In this document: positions 1-10,033 of the stretch, piece after piece
Numbering within the stretch: position 1 is the stretch's first letter
Layout of the letters: every line of letters starts with the position of its first letter
From: Candidatus Micrarchaeia archaeon
Lineage (GTDB): Archaea > Micrarchaeota > Micrarchaeia > Micrarchaeales > CABMGC01
Direction: 5' to 3'
NCBI GenBank assembly: GCA_049964835.1
Contig: JBMFWW010000002.1
Coordinates: forward strand, 1 to 64,000
Length of the DNA stretch: 64,000 nt
Translations under genes and position numbers: made by a program
The notes under the pieces: generated by a model
What the model was told of the DNA's origin: nothing
The model's input: the letters and a program-made list of their open reading frames with translations, nothing else
The model's database searches: none

Positions 1-220
1 ATACATCAATATCTGTTACTATTTGTGTATCCATATTATTTCATATTTAATCATAAGATTAAAAATTATGTGTATTTCTATGTTTTAGCTTAATTTTTGT
101 TTTTAAGTCAAATTAGATCGGACGAAGGAAATTATACATTTACTAATTTGAAAAATATCTAATTTTATCATGCAAAGAAATAACTTTATAACTTGTCGAT
201 TATTATATTATTCGTATTAC

Positions 221-1996
221 ATGTTATTTTCCGAGGTTTCAAAATATTATCAAAAATTAGAAGACGTATCATCACGACTTAGCATGATTGATATATTATC
301 TGAGTTGTTTTCAAAAGCTTCAAAATCAGAAATAAGATATTTAATATATTTTACACAGGGCGTTCTAGCTCCATCTTTTGAGGGAAAAGAAATTGGTCTT
401 GCAGAAAAGTCGGCAATATCCTCGATAAGTTTATCGACTGGTTTATCTGAGGAAGTTATAGAAAAGGAATTCAATAAGACTGGTGATTTGGGCATAACTG
501 TAGAAAATATGATATCAAAATCAAAACAAAAAAATTTTAATCCTAGTCAATTTACATTAACTGAAGTTTTTGAGACAATGGAAAAAATATCAATGTCATC
601 TGGTCAAGGAAGCAAAGATGTAAAGATAAGATTGCTTTCAGGACTCATATCAAATTCATCATCACTTGAAGCTAAATATATAATACGATTTGCTCTTGGT
701 ACTTTACGTTTAGGTCTTGGCGACGCAACAATTCTCGAATCACTTTCAAAAGCGGTTACTGGTGAGAGAACTTCAAAAAGTGATCTTGAGAATGCATATA
801 ATCTATGTAGCGATTTGGGAAAGGTAGGTTTTGTTCTTTATGAAAAGGGTATAGAAAAAATAAAGAATATGGAGATATCACTTTTTAATCCTATACGGCC
901 AGAACTTGCTGAGAGAGCAAAAAGCTTTACTGAAATAATGGAAAGAATGAATGGAACCTGCGCTGTTGATGGGAAATATGATGGTTTAAGAATACAGCTT
1001 CATATGGATAAAAAGATAAAAAGAGTTGAGTTGTTCTCTAGAAATCTTGAAAAGATGACACTTATGTTTCCAGAAATTGTAAAGTATGCATTAACGGAAA
1101 TAGATGCAAATTCTATAATATTAGACGGGGAAGCAATTGCATATGATGAGGTAACTGAGGAGTTTAGGCCTTTTCAAGAAACAATTCAAAGGAAGCGTAA
1201 GCATGGAGTTAAAGAAAAAAGTTCCGAAATGCCTTTGCATCTTTTTGCATTTGACATAATGTATCTTAATGGTACTTCATTAATAGATAGACAATACTCT
1301 TCTAGGAGAGAATCTCTAGAAAAGGTGTTAAAGAAAAGAGAAGGTATACTACCTTCTATTAGGTCTATAGCAAACTCTCCAAAAGATTTGGAACTATTTT
1401 TTAATAAGCAGATAACTTTAGGATTAGAAGGTATAGTAGCAAAGGATTTAAATGCAAATTATGTGGCAGGAGCAAGAAAGTTTACATGGATAAAAATGAA
1501 AAGAAGCTATAGAAGTGAGCTTTCTGATACTTTAGATCTTGTGATAATAGGATATTATTTGGGCAAAGGTTCAAGGGCAGAATTTGGCTTCGGAGGTTTA
1601 CTGGTAGCTGCATATAATGATAAAAAAGATGTATTCGAAAGCGTAACTAAAATAGGTACTGGGTTTACTGAGAATCATATGGCATTTTTCAAGAAACTCC
1701 TTGACAAAATAAAAACAAAGAAAAAACCTGCAAGAGTAGAATCTGAAATAGAACCTGATTTTTGGGTAGATCCAATTTATGTTATAGAAGTAATAGCAGA
1801 TGAAATTACTAGATCACCAATGCATTCTTGCGGTAAAGAAAAATACTCAAATGATGAGGTAGGTTATGCATTAAGATTTCCAAGGATAGTTAGTAATGGA
1901 ATAAGAGAAGACAAAAAAGCAGAAGATGCGACTACAACACATGAAATAATAGAAATGTTTTCAAAACAGAAAAAGAGTCCACTAAAGGAAAATTAA
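221..1996 (+). CDS. lig: ATP-dependent DNA ligase
   Basis: KYDG adenylation motif, EGIVAK, WIKMK, DLVIIG, LRFPR. ATG at 221 (MLFSEV) is more plausible than the ORF start at 170. Confidence 0.97.
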   Translation: MLFSEVSKYYQKLEDVSSRLSMIDILSELFSKASKSEIRYLIYFTQGVLAPSFEGKEIGLAEKSAISSISLSTGLSEEVIEKEFNKTGDLGITVENMISKSKQKNFNPSQFTLTEVFETMEKISMSSGQGSKDVKIRLLSGLISNSSSLEAKYIIRFALGTLRLGLGDATILESLSKAVTGERTSKSDLENAYNLCSDLGKVGFVLYEKGIEKIKNMEISLFNPIRPELAERAKSFTEIMERMNGTCAVDGKYDGLRIQLHMDKKIKRVELFSRNLEKMTLMFPEIVKYALTEIDANSIILDGEAIAYDEVTEEFRPFQETIQRKRKHGVKEKSSEMPLHLFAFDIMYLNGTSLIDRQYSSRRESLEKVLKKREGILPSIRSIANSPKDLELFFNKQITLGLEGIVAKDLNANYVAGARKFTWIKMKRSYRSELSDTLDLVIIGYYLGKGSRAEFGFGGLLVAAYNDKKDVFESVTKIGTGFTENHMAFFKKLLDKIKTKKKPARVESEIEPDFWVDPIYVIEVIADEITRSPMHSCGKEKYSNDEVGYALRFPRIVSNGIREDKKAEDATTTHEIIEMFSKQKKSPLKEN

Positions 1997-2105
1997 ATAT
2001 TAAGATAATAAAATTTATATTATATTTCCTTTAAATATACTTGAATACTCTTCATATATCCCTGTAAAATTTTATGTTTTTGAGATATTCCACTATTTCT
2101 GTTTA

Positions 2106-2150
2106 AGCAAAAGATATTTAAATATATTTATGTTTATATTTTCAAGGCGA
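2106..2150 (+). promoter_or_regulatory. Putative BRE/TATA (TTTAAATA at 2117) and SD-like AGGCGA upstream of ftsZ
   Basis: Purine-rich stretch followed by TTTAAATA about 30-38 nt before the ATG. The AT-rich background limits certainty. Confidence 0.4.
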
Positions 2151-2154
2151 TCAT

Positions 2155-3207
2155 ATGGTAGATTTTTCCGGAGACTATTTGGGAAAAAATGTAGACAATA
2201 GTAGTGTAAACTACTCTCCACAGATAAAGATTGTTACTGTCGGAGTAGGTGGCGGAGGTAATAACACAGTAAACCGATTAATAAAGGTTGGTGTTAAAGG
2301 TACTGAGCTTGTTGCTGTAAATACAGATGTACAGCATTTTAAGATTCTTGATGACAGAATTAAAAAGATACTTATCGGTAAAAGTATGTCAAGAGGTCTA
2401 GGAGCAGGAGGAGATCCAGAAGTAGGCGCAAAGGCAGCTGAGGTTGACAGACAACAATTAGAAGAGGTTCTTTCTGGTGCTCAATTAGTATTCTTGTGTG
2501 CAGGAATGGGAGGAGGAACAGGAACTGGAGCAATTCCTGTGGTTGCACAGATAGCAAAAGAGCAAGGAGCAATTGTAGTTTCTATGGTAACTTATCCTTT
2601 TGATTTAGAAAGAGTAAGAAAGGTAAAAGCAGAAGAAGGTATACAAAAGTTAAGAAAGTACAGCGACAGCGTAATAATACTTGATAACAACAGATTGGTA
2701 AAACTTGTACCTAATCTTCCTATGAATGAAGCATTTGCAGTTGCAGATGATATACTTGCAAAGGCAATTGGTGGTCTTGTTTGGACAATAACTCAGCCAA
2801 GCTTGATAAACATAGACTTTGCAGATGTAAGATCAATAATGGGAAGCGGAGATGTAGGATTTATATCTGTAGGAACAGGAAAAGGAAACGACAAAGTAAT
2901 AGCAGCATCAGAGCAGGTAATCAAAAATAAATTACTTGACGTAGACTTTGAAAATGCAAAGGGTGCACTTATACACATATCTGGAGCATCAGACTTAACA
3001 TTAGGAGATGCAATAAAAGCTGGAGAAATGATAACAGAAAGAATGGATCCGAAGGCAAATGTAAAATGGGGTGCAAGAATAATACCTGGCTATGAGGGTC
3101 AATTAGAAATAGTTGCAATCGTTACTGGAGTCAGTGGATCAAGTATTCTTGGCAAATTTGAGGAGAAGAAAAGATCAAACTCCTTCAGCGATATAGAGAT
3201 GATATAA
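2155..3207 (+). CDS. ftsZ: Cell division protein FtsZ (copy 1)
   Basis: [21 protein letters not shown] signature, T7 loop NIDFAD. Confidence 0.97.
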   Translation: MVDFSGDYLGKNVDNSSVNYSPQIKIVTVGVGGGGNNTVNRLIKVGVKGTELVAVNTDVQHFKILDDRIKKILIGKSMSRGLGAGGDPEVGAKAAEVDRQQLEEVLSGAQLVFLCAGMGGGTGTGAIPVVAQIAKEQGAIVVSMVTYPFDLERVRKVKAEEGIQKLRKYSDSVIILDNNRLVKLVPNLPMNEAFAVADDILAKAIGGLVWTITQPSLINIDFADVRSIMGSGDVGFISVGTGKGNDKVIAASEQVIKNKLLDVDFENAKGALIHISGASDLTLGDAIKAGEMITERMDPKANVKWGARIIPGYEGQLEIVAIVTGVSGSSILGKFEEKKRSNSFSDIEMI

Positions 3208-4226
3208 TGGCAGACTTTGATTATGATGCATTTCAGCCAAAGGTTGCAGTTGTAGGTTTAGGTGGACAGGGAAGCAACCTAGTGAACAGATTAGTTTCAA
3301 ATAATATCAAAAGCGCAGACACAATTGCGATGAATACAGACATAGGTCATTTGAATATGATAAAGGCTCAAAAAAAGATTCTTTTGGGTAAGGACATAAC
3401 AAATGGTCTAGGTGCAGGTGGTTATCCAGAAGTAGGTGCAAAGGCAGCTGAGGTAAGCAAGCAGGATATAATGAACGCCTTGGAAGGATATGACCTAGTA
3501 TTCATAGCAGCAGGAATGGGAGGCGGAAGCGGAACAGGTTCAGCTCCGGTAGTTGCGCAGGTAGCTAGGGAGATGGGTGCAACAGTAATAGCAACCGTTA
3601 CATATCCATTCGCGCTTGAAAGAAGCAGAAAGCTAAAAGCGGATTGGGGTATAGAACAGCTAAATAAGCAAGCAGACTGCGTCATTGTCATAGAAAATGA
3701 TAAGCTACTTTCATATGTACCTAACTTGCCTATAGAAAGAGCATTCGAGTTAGTAGATAACATAACTGGAAATGCAGTAAAAGGTATAGCAGATACAATA
3801 ACATTGCCTAGTCTTATAAATCTAGACTTTGCTGACCTGAGAAATGTTGTAAGAAACACAGGAACAGCTGTAATAAGTATAGGTTCCGGCTATGGTGGCG
3901 ACAAGGTAGAGCAAGCAATAAAGACAACAAAGCAACATCCATTGCTAACTGTAGAGAATGAAGGTGCAAAAGGCGCACTGATACATGTAGTTGGAGGAAC
4001 AAACCTAACTATAAGCGACGCAACAAGAATAGGAGAAGGAGTCACAGACAATCTAGCTTCAGATGCAAATGTAATCTTCGGCGCAAGAATGCTTCCAGAA
4101 CTTAATGATCAAATAAGAGTAATGTCAGTTATAACTGGCGTAAAGGCCAAGTTTGGACAATTAAGAAGCAAGGATATACAAGAAGCGCATTCAATGAGAA
4201 TGGAGATTGCAGAAAGGATATATTAA
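3207..4226 (+). CDS. ftsZ: Cell division protein FtsZ (copy 2)
   Basis: GLGGQGSN, GAGGYP, GGGSGTG, NLDFAD; TAATG overlap with copy 1. Confidence 0.95.
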   Translation: MADFDYDAFQPKVAVVGLGGQGSNLVNRLVSNNIKSADTIAMNTDIGHLNMIKAQKKILLGKDITNGLGAGGYPEVGAKAAEVSKQDIMNALEGYDLVFIAAGMGGGSGTGSAPVVAQVAREMGATVIATVTYPFALERSRKLKADWGIEQLNKQADCVIVIENDKLLSYVPNLPIERAFELVDNITGNAVKGIADTITLPSLINLDFADLRNVVRNTGTAVISIGSGYGGDKVEQAIKTTKQHPLLTVENEGAKGALIHVVGGTNLTISDATRIGEGVTDNLASDANVIFGARMLPELNDQIRVMSVITGVKAKFGQLRSKDIQEAHSMRMEIAERIY

Positions 4227-4338
4227 GCAGAACAATAAAGTAGCAATAACTGTGATATTACTGCAAAAACTACAAAAGTAAGGCCTTTAATCTATTTAGT
4301 GACTATCAAACGCTTGCTATTTGCACGCGTGAAGGCTT

Positions 4339-5157
4339 TTGTATGTTGTTTTAATGGTATTAATATCACAAAAAAAGAGTTTGGATCTCATACATTTTGA
4401 GCTTATAATAAAAAGATGCCCAATATGCCTAAAGGACACAGAACAGACGGCCTATTATGTACATAAACCAGATCTGTCGGTTGAGTTCAAAACGAACACA
4501 ACTCCTCAGGTAACAATAAAGGTTCTTCCAAATATTGAGCATGTATACGAATGGTATGTTCTTGCAACATGCAGTTCGTGTAAATATACATATAAGGTGA
4601 CCGGCGTGCCAAAAATGAAAGAAAAAGAAATACCTAATAAAAGTATAATGAAAGATATAGAATTAGTTTTAACTTGCTGTGATTTATGCTATAACGAGTA
4701 CTATCGTTATGTAGTTGGCGATGTTTTCATTAATTTATCAACAGGCGGAAAGGTATACCTATGTGGCAATCATGCTAAAGATATAGAAGCAGAAAGGGCA
4801 AAATCCGGAAGTTACTCATTTCTTATAAATAGGATGCGTATGTGGGAGGAAAATAAGGAGGTTCCAATAGTAGTCAATCTAAAATCTGGCGGAGATTTTA
4901 TTCTTAAGAGCTTTGATGGTCTATCAACTAATATACTTTTACAACTCTTAAGCAATAGTGAGATGCCAAAAGCAGAGCTATACAACTCACTAAACAAAAA
5001 CTTTTTTAAAATAAAGCAAAAGCAGCTAGATGAATGCATAGGTTATCTTAAGGGTGCATCTTTATTAACAGAAAAAGAAAGTGGCTCATTTTTAAAGAAA
5101 AGATACTTATCACTTACAACTACCGGAAAGGATGTTGCAAAGAACATTAAGGAATAA
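4339..5157 (+). CDS. Hypothetical protein with two putative Zn-binding modules and a C-terminal winged-HTH-like region (true start may be TTG at 4381)
   Basis: CPIC...CSSC, CCDLC...LCGNH; C-terminal ILLQLL..ELYNSL..LDECIGYLKGASLL..YLSLTTTGK pattern typical of wHTH. Confidence 0.7.
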   Translation: MYVVLMVLISQKKSLDLIHFELIIKRCPICLKDTEQTAYYVHKPDLSVEFKTNTTPQVTIKVLPNIEHVYEWYVLATCSSCKYTYKVTGVPKMKEKEIPNKSIMKDIELVLTCCDLCYNEYYRYVVGDVFINLSTGGKVYLCGNHAKDIEAERAKSGSYSFLINRMRMWEENKEVPIVVNLKSGGDFILKSFDGLSTNILLQLLSNSEMPKAELYNSLNKNFFKIKQKQLDECIGYLKGASLLTEKESGSFLKKRYLSLTTTGKDVAKNIKE

Positions 5158-5602
5158 TCTTCTTGTTGTACATATAGAGAATTTCATTTATTGCTTCTTC
5201 ATCATCTTTTTCTCCAATTGCATTGCATACTGATCTTATATTTTCAGCATTTACTGGTTTTCCTAGTATTATGAGGAAATATGCGGCATACATATATGGT
5301 ATTCTTGTTCTAATTCCAGTTTCAATAATTTTTTCTATTCTTTCATCAGTTGGTTTGACTCCTGCGGCAACAAGTAAATTTTTTAATGAGTCTTTGTCTA
5401 TTTGCTTGCCCATCAAGCTCAAAAAACCTACGGCATATAGATACGGAACTATTAATGGAAAGTCATTTCCTATTTTTTCATCAATTATTAATCTGCCAAG
5501 AGAGTCAATAAGTATTGTATTTATATTTTTATTTATTCCATCAATTATCTTTGAAATGATAAGAAGTTGATACTCGGTCTTTGATGTAGTTTCGCTAGTC
5601 AT
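5147..5602 (-). CDS. Protein with two tandem ribosomal stalk P1/L12-like N-terminal domains and no acidic tail
   Basis: YLYAVGFLSLMGKQIDKDSLKNLLVAAGVKPTDERI and YMYAAYFLIILGKPVNAENIRSVCNAIG both resemble the archaeal P1 N-terminus (YxYAalLLh..GKeI.eenlk.vL.AAGv). Confidence 0.7.
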   Translation of the reverse strand: MTSETTSKTEYQLLIISKIIDGINKNINTILIDSLGRLIIDEKIGNDFPLIVPYLYAVGFLSLMGKQIDKDSLKNLLVAAGVKPTDERIEKIIETGIRTRIPYMYAAYFLIILGKPVNAENIRSVCNAIGEKDDEEAINEILYMYNKKIIP

Positions 5603-5645
5603 ACAACTTTATATTAATATTAAAGTATTAAATATATGTGTTTTT

Positions 5646-6710
5646 ATGAAGTACTTCATATATGGTTCAAGCATCTTTCTCAAAAGCAACATATTCAACA
5701 TGACAGAACTTTTTAATACCTTTAAAATAGAGTCTAATTTTGTAAATGCATATATTGTGCAGGCGCGTAATGTAGACATCTCTAAAAAAATAGAGCCTTC
5801 AGTTTTTTATCGCATACTTAAGATTAAAAATTATGGAGATATACATAAGAATTCTTATCTAAACGATATAAAATTAGTTCTTGACAGTACAATAATACCA
5901 AATAAAAGAATACGCTTAGAGTGCGTAGATATAAACTCAAGAAATGGTTTTTCAGCTAAGGATATAGAGGTATTTTTAGGTAAAAATCTTGAAAAGAAAG
6001 GAGTAAAAATCAGTTTAGAAAATCCCGAACTTTTATTTTACATAATACTTTTTGATATGAAATGTTACATAGGATATGTTTCATATAAAAAAATAAAGTT
6101 TATAGATCCAGGAAGGCATTATAAAGTTCTTTCATCAGGAATAAGTAGAGCAGAATTAAAGCTTATAGAGGCGTTTGATGACTTTAAGATAAATCTTAAA
6201 AGCAACTCTATAGCAATAGATCTGGGCGCTTCTCCAGGAGGCTGGAGCATATTTTTAGCAAAGAAAAATATGAATGTAATTGCAATAGATCAGGCAGAAC
6301 TTAGTTTAGATAAAATCAACTCTTTTAATATAAAAGTAATTAAACAAAAAGATGAAAATATAAATGAAATAATTAAAAGAAAAGGTTCTGAAGAAAAGCA
6401 AATAATTCACATTAAAAAAAGGTTTCAGGATGTAGATTTAGGGAAAATAAAAAAAGCATCAATACTTACATGTGATATGAATATAGATCCTAAAGATGCT
6501 GCAACTGCTGTACTTCTTTTCAGTAAATACCTAAAAAAAGATGCATATCTTATCTTTACAATAAAATGCAAGACGCGTTACGTTAAGAAATATATCGAAG
6601 AAACAAAGGATATTCTTTCCCAAAAATTTGTTATTAAAGAGATAAAAGCTCTGCCAAGCAATAGACAAGAACTTACACTTTACGCAAGATATGCTACAAA
6701 ATTCTCTTAA
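5646..6710 (+). CDS. THUMP + FtsJ/RrmJ-type 2'-O-ribose RNA methyltransferase (RlmM-like)
   Basis: SRAELKLIEA, AIDLGASPGGWS, TCDM, TIK, QELT (K-D-K-E tetrad); THUMP-like N-terminal half. Confidence 0.85.
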   Translation: MKYFIYGSSIFLKSNIFNMTELFNTFKIESNFVNAYIVQARNVDISKKIEPSVFYRILKIKNYGDIHKNSYLNDIKLVLDSTIIPNKRIRLECVDINSRNGFSAKDIEVFLGKNLEKKGVKISLENPELLFYIILFDMKCYIGYVSYKKIKFIDPGRHYKVLSSGISRAELKLIEAFDDFKINLKSNSIAIDLGASPGGWSIFLAKKNMNVIAIDQAELSLDKINSFNIKVIKQKDENINEIIKRKGSEEKQIIHIKKRFQDVDLGKIKKASILTCDMNIDPKDAATAVLLFSKYLKKDAYLIFTIKCKTRYVKKYIEETKDILSQKFVIKEIKALPSNRQELTLYARYATKFS

Positions 6711-6927
6711 TTTTTAAAAGATGCTCTATTGCTCTATCTCTTATCTGAATATCTTTATCTCTTTTTGCAATCATAACTAGAAAATCAATATCTTTTTCTG
6801 TAATCGGATTCATGACTACGGCTAATCTTACAATATCACTTCCCTTTCTATATAACCTATGTAATGTCCTAATACTTTTAGTTTTTATTGCAAGATTTTT
6901 ACTTTTCCACTCCAAGTCTTCACTCAA
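6694..6927 (-). CDS. Small hypothetical helical (HEAT/LRV-like) protein
   Basis: Co-oriented 13 nt downstream of top6A, AGGTG SD-like site, VRLAVVMNP and IRDRAI motifs. Confidence 0.6.
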   Translation of the reverse strand: MSEDLEWKSKNLAIKTKSIRTLHRLYRKGSDIVRLAVVMNPITEKDIDFLVMIAKRDKDIQIRDRAIEHLLKIKRIL

Positions 6928-6940
6928 AACATAGCACCTT

Positions 6941-8050
6941 TTAAGGGAGATATTGCTTATTCTTAATTTTTTCCCTGATGTAATCTCCTACAAATGTAAG
7001 TCTTGGTCCTTGGAGTGCGTCTTGTTCTAACTTTATTCTAGACTTTATCATACGTTGAAGCTCCACCTCCCATTCCTTATGCTTCTTTATCCATTCGTAA
7101 TTTAACATCTCCTGCGCCCTCTTAAGGTCTACATCAGATGCTTTAATAGTTAGTTTATTTAAGAATTCATACTTGTCAAGGTCTGACATAGTCACTCCTA
7201 AAAATCTAGCTTCTGGGGTAGCAACATCACTTCCTATATACGCAAGATTTATACTGCCTGTTTTTATTGTCCAGTAAATATACCATCCCCAAGCATCAGA
7301 GTCTGTAAATACATAAATAGGTAAGCCTTTATCTGCAAGTTTTCTTATTATTCTTCTAGTTCCTCTAGCAGCTTGGCCCTGTGGCGTTATAAGTATTGCA
7401 TTTTCCTTTTTCCAAAACAAATCTTCATTTAATCTCTGCCATAATGCATCCTTTTCCACTACTATTACATATTTAGCATTAACATCTACAAATTCTATAT
7501 CGTTATCGACATCACTAGGTATCGCCCATCCACTTCTGCCTTGTTTGGTGCAATCAATCTCTATCTTTTCATTGCCGAATGTGTCTATTATGCGCATATT
7601 TCCTGCAAGAACTCCCTTCCTATTTGCATTTAAGTTTAGATCCTCTCTTTTTAACGAAAGTGCTACCTCAATATCTTCTATAAGTGGATTTGATTCCGTC
7701 TGTTCACTGAATACATTTTCGTCTACATCTTCTCCAAGAGAAAATTTAAGCTGATAGTAAAGACCTCTTATTGTAGTGTGCAGTCCTTCCTTTACAAATT
7801 TATGGCATTTTGCAGCAACCGCCATAGTTTGCATAAACCTTTTTGATTGCGATACATTTACGAAGCTTCTCTCTTCTTTTGTGGACCCTAATCTCAAATA
7901 ACCATTTTTCTGATCAAAGATAATATTTGATCTGGTTCTAGCTAATGTTGTAAATTTAGGATTTGATCCATTCTTGATATCTCTAACTATTGAGTCAGCA
8001 AGATCCTCTATTTTTTTATCAGGTTTTTTATTTTCTTTATCTTTAGCCAT
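6941..8050 (-). CDS. top6A: DNA topoisomerase VI subunit A
   Basis: TIRGLYY catalytic Tyr region, VVEKDA, TDSDAWG Toprim, KLEQDAL. Confidence 0.96.
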   Translation of the reverse strand: MAKDKENKKPDKKIEDLADSIVRDIKNGSNPKFTTLARTRSNIIFDQKNGYLRLGSTKEERSFVNVSQSKRFMQTMAVAAKCHKFVKEGLHTTIRGLYYQLKFSLGEDVDENVFSEQTESNPLIEDIEVALSLKREDLNLNANRKGVLAGNMRIIDTFGNEKIEIDCTKQGRSGWAIPSDVDNDIEFVDVNAKYVIVVEKDALWQRLNEDLFWKKENAILITPQGQAARGTRRIIRKLADKGLPIYVFTDSDAWGWYIYWTIKTGSINLAYIGSDVATPEARFLGVTMSDLDKYEFLNKLTIKASDVDLKRAQEMLNYEWIKKHKEWEVELQRMIKSRIKLEQDALQGPRLTFVGDYIREKIKNKQYLP

Positions 8051-8056
8051 ATGTTA

Positions 8057-10033
8057 TCATTCTTTTTCTTCAAGAGATAAAGGTTTTCTTTCTTTAGAAT
8101 CTGAATTTATATATTCTTTAAGCTCCTTAACCATAGCATCTCTTCTAGGGCTTTTCTTAAGAACATTCTCTAGCACTTCAGCAATATTTTTAGCAGGTAT
8201 TATTTTTATCTTTTTAAGCTCCTCCTTATCTAAGTTTATGTCTTTAAAGTTTGTATCTGGTATTACAACCGATTTCATACCAGCTTCTATAGCCGCAAGA
8301 ACTTTGTATGATACTCCTCCTACGGGTAGAACCTCCCCTCTTACCGAAAGTGAACCAGTCATAGCAAAGCTTTGGTCTACAGGTATTCCTTCAAGAGCAG
8401 AAATTACTGCAACAGCAACAGAAATGCTAGCGCTATCTCCTTCAACTCCTTCATACGTTTGTAGGAACTGCACATGTATATCATATCTTGTCATATCCCT
8501 TCCTATATGCTTTTTAATGATTGCACTGATATTTTTGACAGCTTCTTGGGCTATCTTACCAAGTTTTCCAGTTGGTATTAACCTTCCTTCGGTTCTAGAG
8601 CTTGCCTTGGTAACTTCTGCAACTATTGGAAGTACTATCCCCGCTGAAAGATAAGAAGAGCCTACAACCGCAAGACCATTTACTCTTCCTATGGCATATC
8701 CGCTAGTTTTGAATATTTGATAATCCTTTCTGTACTCAAGATTTTGGGCTACATACTGTGCTTCTATGGGCTTTGAAACGTTCATGGCCTTTATTACATC
8801 ATCTCTAGAAACTAATTTTTTATTGTTTTCTTTTGCAATGTCTCCAGCTGCACGTATCAATCCACCAAAATCCCTAAGTATTAATGTAAGCCTGTTTTTT
8901 CTTCCACTTCTTCTTTTAGCCTCATCTATCAATAACATACATGCATCATAACTGAATGGTGGTATTTTTCCATCTTTTTTAATCTCTTGTGCTATGAACT
9001 TTATTAATTCATATCTATTTTCTTCAGTATCTGGCATTGACGATTCCATATATACTTCGTAACCATAACCTCTTATTCTGGATCTTAGTGCAGGATGCAT
9101 TTTTTGTATATCTTGTAAATTACCTGCTGCAACAAGCAAGAAGTCACATGGTACAGGCTCGGTTCTAATCAAAGCACCAGAACTCATCTCGCTTTGTCCT
9201 GTTATCGGATATTTCTTTTCCTGCAATGCTGTTAACAACTCCTGTTGTGATCTAGGTTCTATATCAGCAACTTCATCTATGAAAAGAACTCCCTTATTTG
9301 CTCTATGTATAGCCCCACTTTCCACTCTTAAGTGGGCAGGCGTTCCTAAACCACCTGATTGTAATGGATCGTGTTTTACATCTCCAAAAATTGCTCCTGC
9401 TCTTGAACCTGTCGCATCTATAAAAGGCGCATGTGTCATTCCTGTATTATCAACTATCAATTTAGGCTCTCCAGAATCAAATACATTTGGTATCATTCCT
9501 CCCATCTTTCTAAAGCTTCCTACAAATATTATCATTGATGCGAATATAAGCACTCCCAATATAAGTCCGGCCAAAAGCAACATTCTATATCCGCTAAAAA
9601 TACTAGAAAAACTTAATGCAAATAATATTACTACTATTACTAATATTATAGGTATAATACTGCTTTTATTTGGTGCGTTATCAATTCTCATACGCATTTT
9701 TTCTTTTTGAATTATTTGCCTGCCTTGTCCATCGCCCAGTGGTTTTCCAGGTTGTGACGGATTTGGATAGGTCTTAACAACCTTTATTAAAGGCTTATTC
9801 TCATCATTTTGATTTTTGTATACTAATATATCCTCTAAATCTGCATTGCCCAATAACTCTGCCATCCCTTGGGCAAGCATTGTCTTTCCAGTTCCTGGAT
9901 CTCCTATAAGTAAAACATTCCTATGTTGTTTAGCAGCCTTTCTTACTATTTCGGTAGCATTTTTTTGACCTATTACTTGGTCTATCATTTTTTCAGGAAT
10001 CTTAATTTCATCTGTGCTATTAAATTTTTTCAT
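8057..10033 (-). CDS. lonB: ATP-dependent protease LonB (membrane-anchored)
   Basis: GDPGTGKT, two TM segments within the AAA domain, GVLFIDE, EGDSAS catalytic Ser, PVGGV..K. Confidence 0.97.
   Translation of the reverse strand: MKKFNSTDEIKIPEKMIDQVIGQKNATEIVRKAAKQHRNVLLIGDPGTGKTMLAQGMAELLGNADLEDILVYKNQNDENKPLIKVVKTYPNPSQPGKPLGDGQGRQIIQKEKMRMRIDNAPNKSSIIPIILVIVVILFALSFSSIFSGYRMLLLAGLILGVLIFASMIIFVGSFRKMGGMIPNVFDSGEPKLIVDNTGMTHAPFIDATGSRAGAIFGDVKHDPLQSGGLGTPAHLRVESGAIHRANKGVLFIDEVADIEPRSQQELLTALQEKKYPITGQSEMSSGALIRTEPVPCDFLLVAAGNLQDIQKMHPALRSRIRGYGYEVYMESSMPDTEENRYELIKFIAQEIKKDGKIPPFSYDACMLLIDEAKRRSGRKNRLTLILRDFGGLIRAAGDIAKENNKKLVSRDDVIKAMNVSKPIEAQYVAQNLEYRKDYQIFKTSGYAIGRVNGLAVVGSSYLSAGIVLPIVAEVTKASSRTEGRLIPTGKLGKIAQEAVKNISAIIKKHIGRDMTRYDIHVQFLQTYEGVEGDSASISVAVAVISALEGIPVDQSFAMTGSLSVRGEVLPVGGVSYKVLAAIEAGMKSVVIPDTNFKDINLDKEELKKIKIIPAKNIAEVLENVLKKSPRRDAMVKELKEYINSDSKERKPLSLEEKE

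Noticed and set aside
4224..4295. Short hydrophobic minus-strand reading (IKGLTFVVFAVISQLLLLYCSA) considered as SecE or a micro-protein
   Set aside because: Wrong strand for the ftsZ-secE arrangement, no SecE motif and no convincing start
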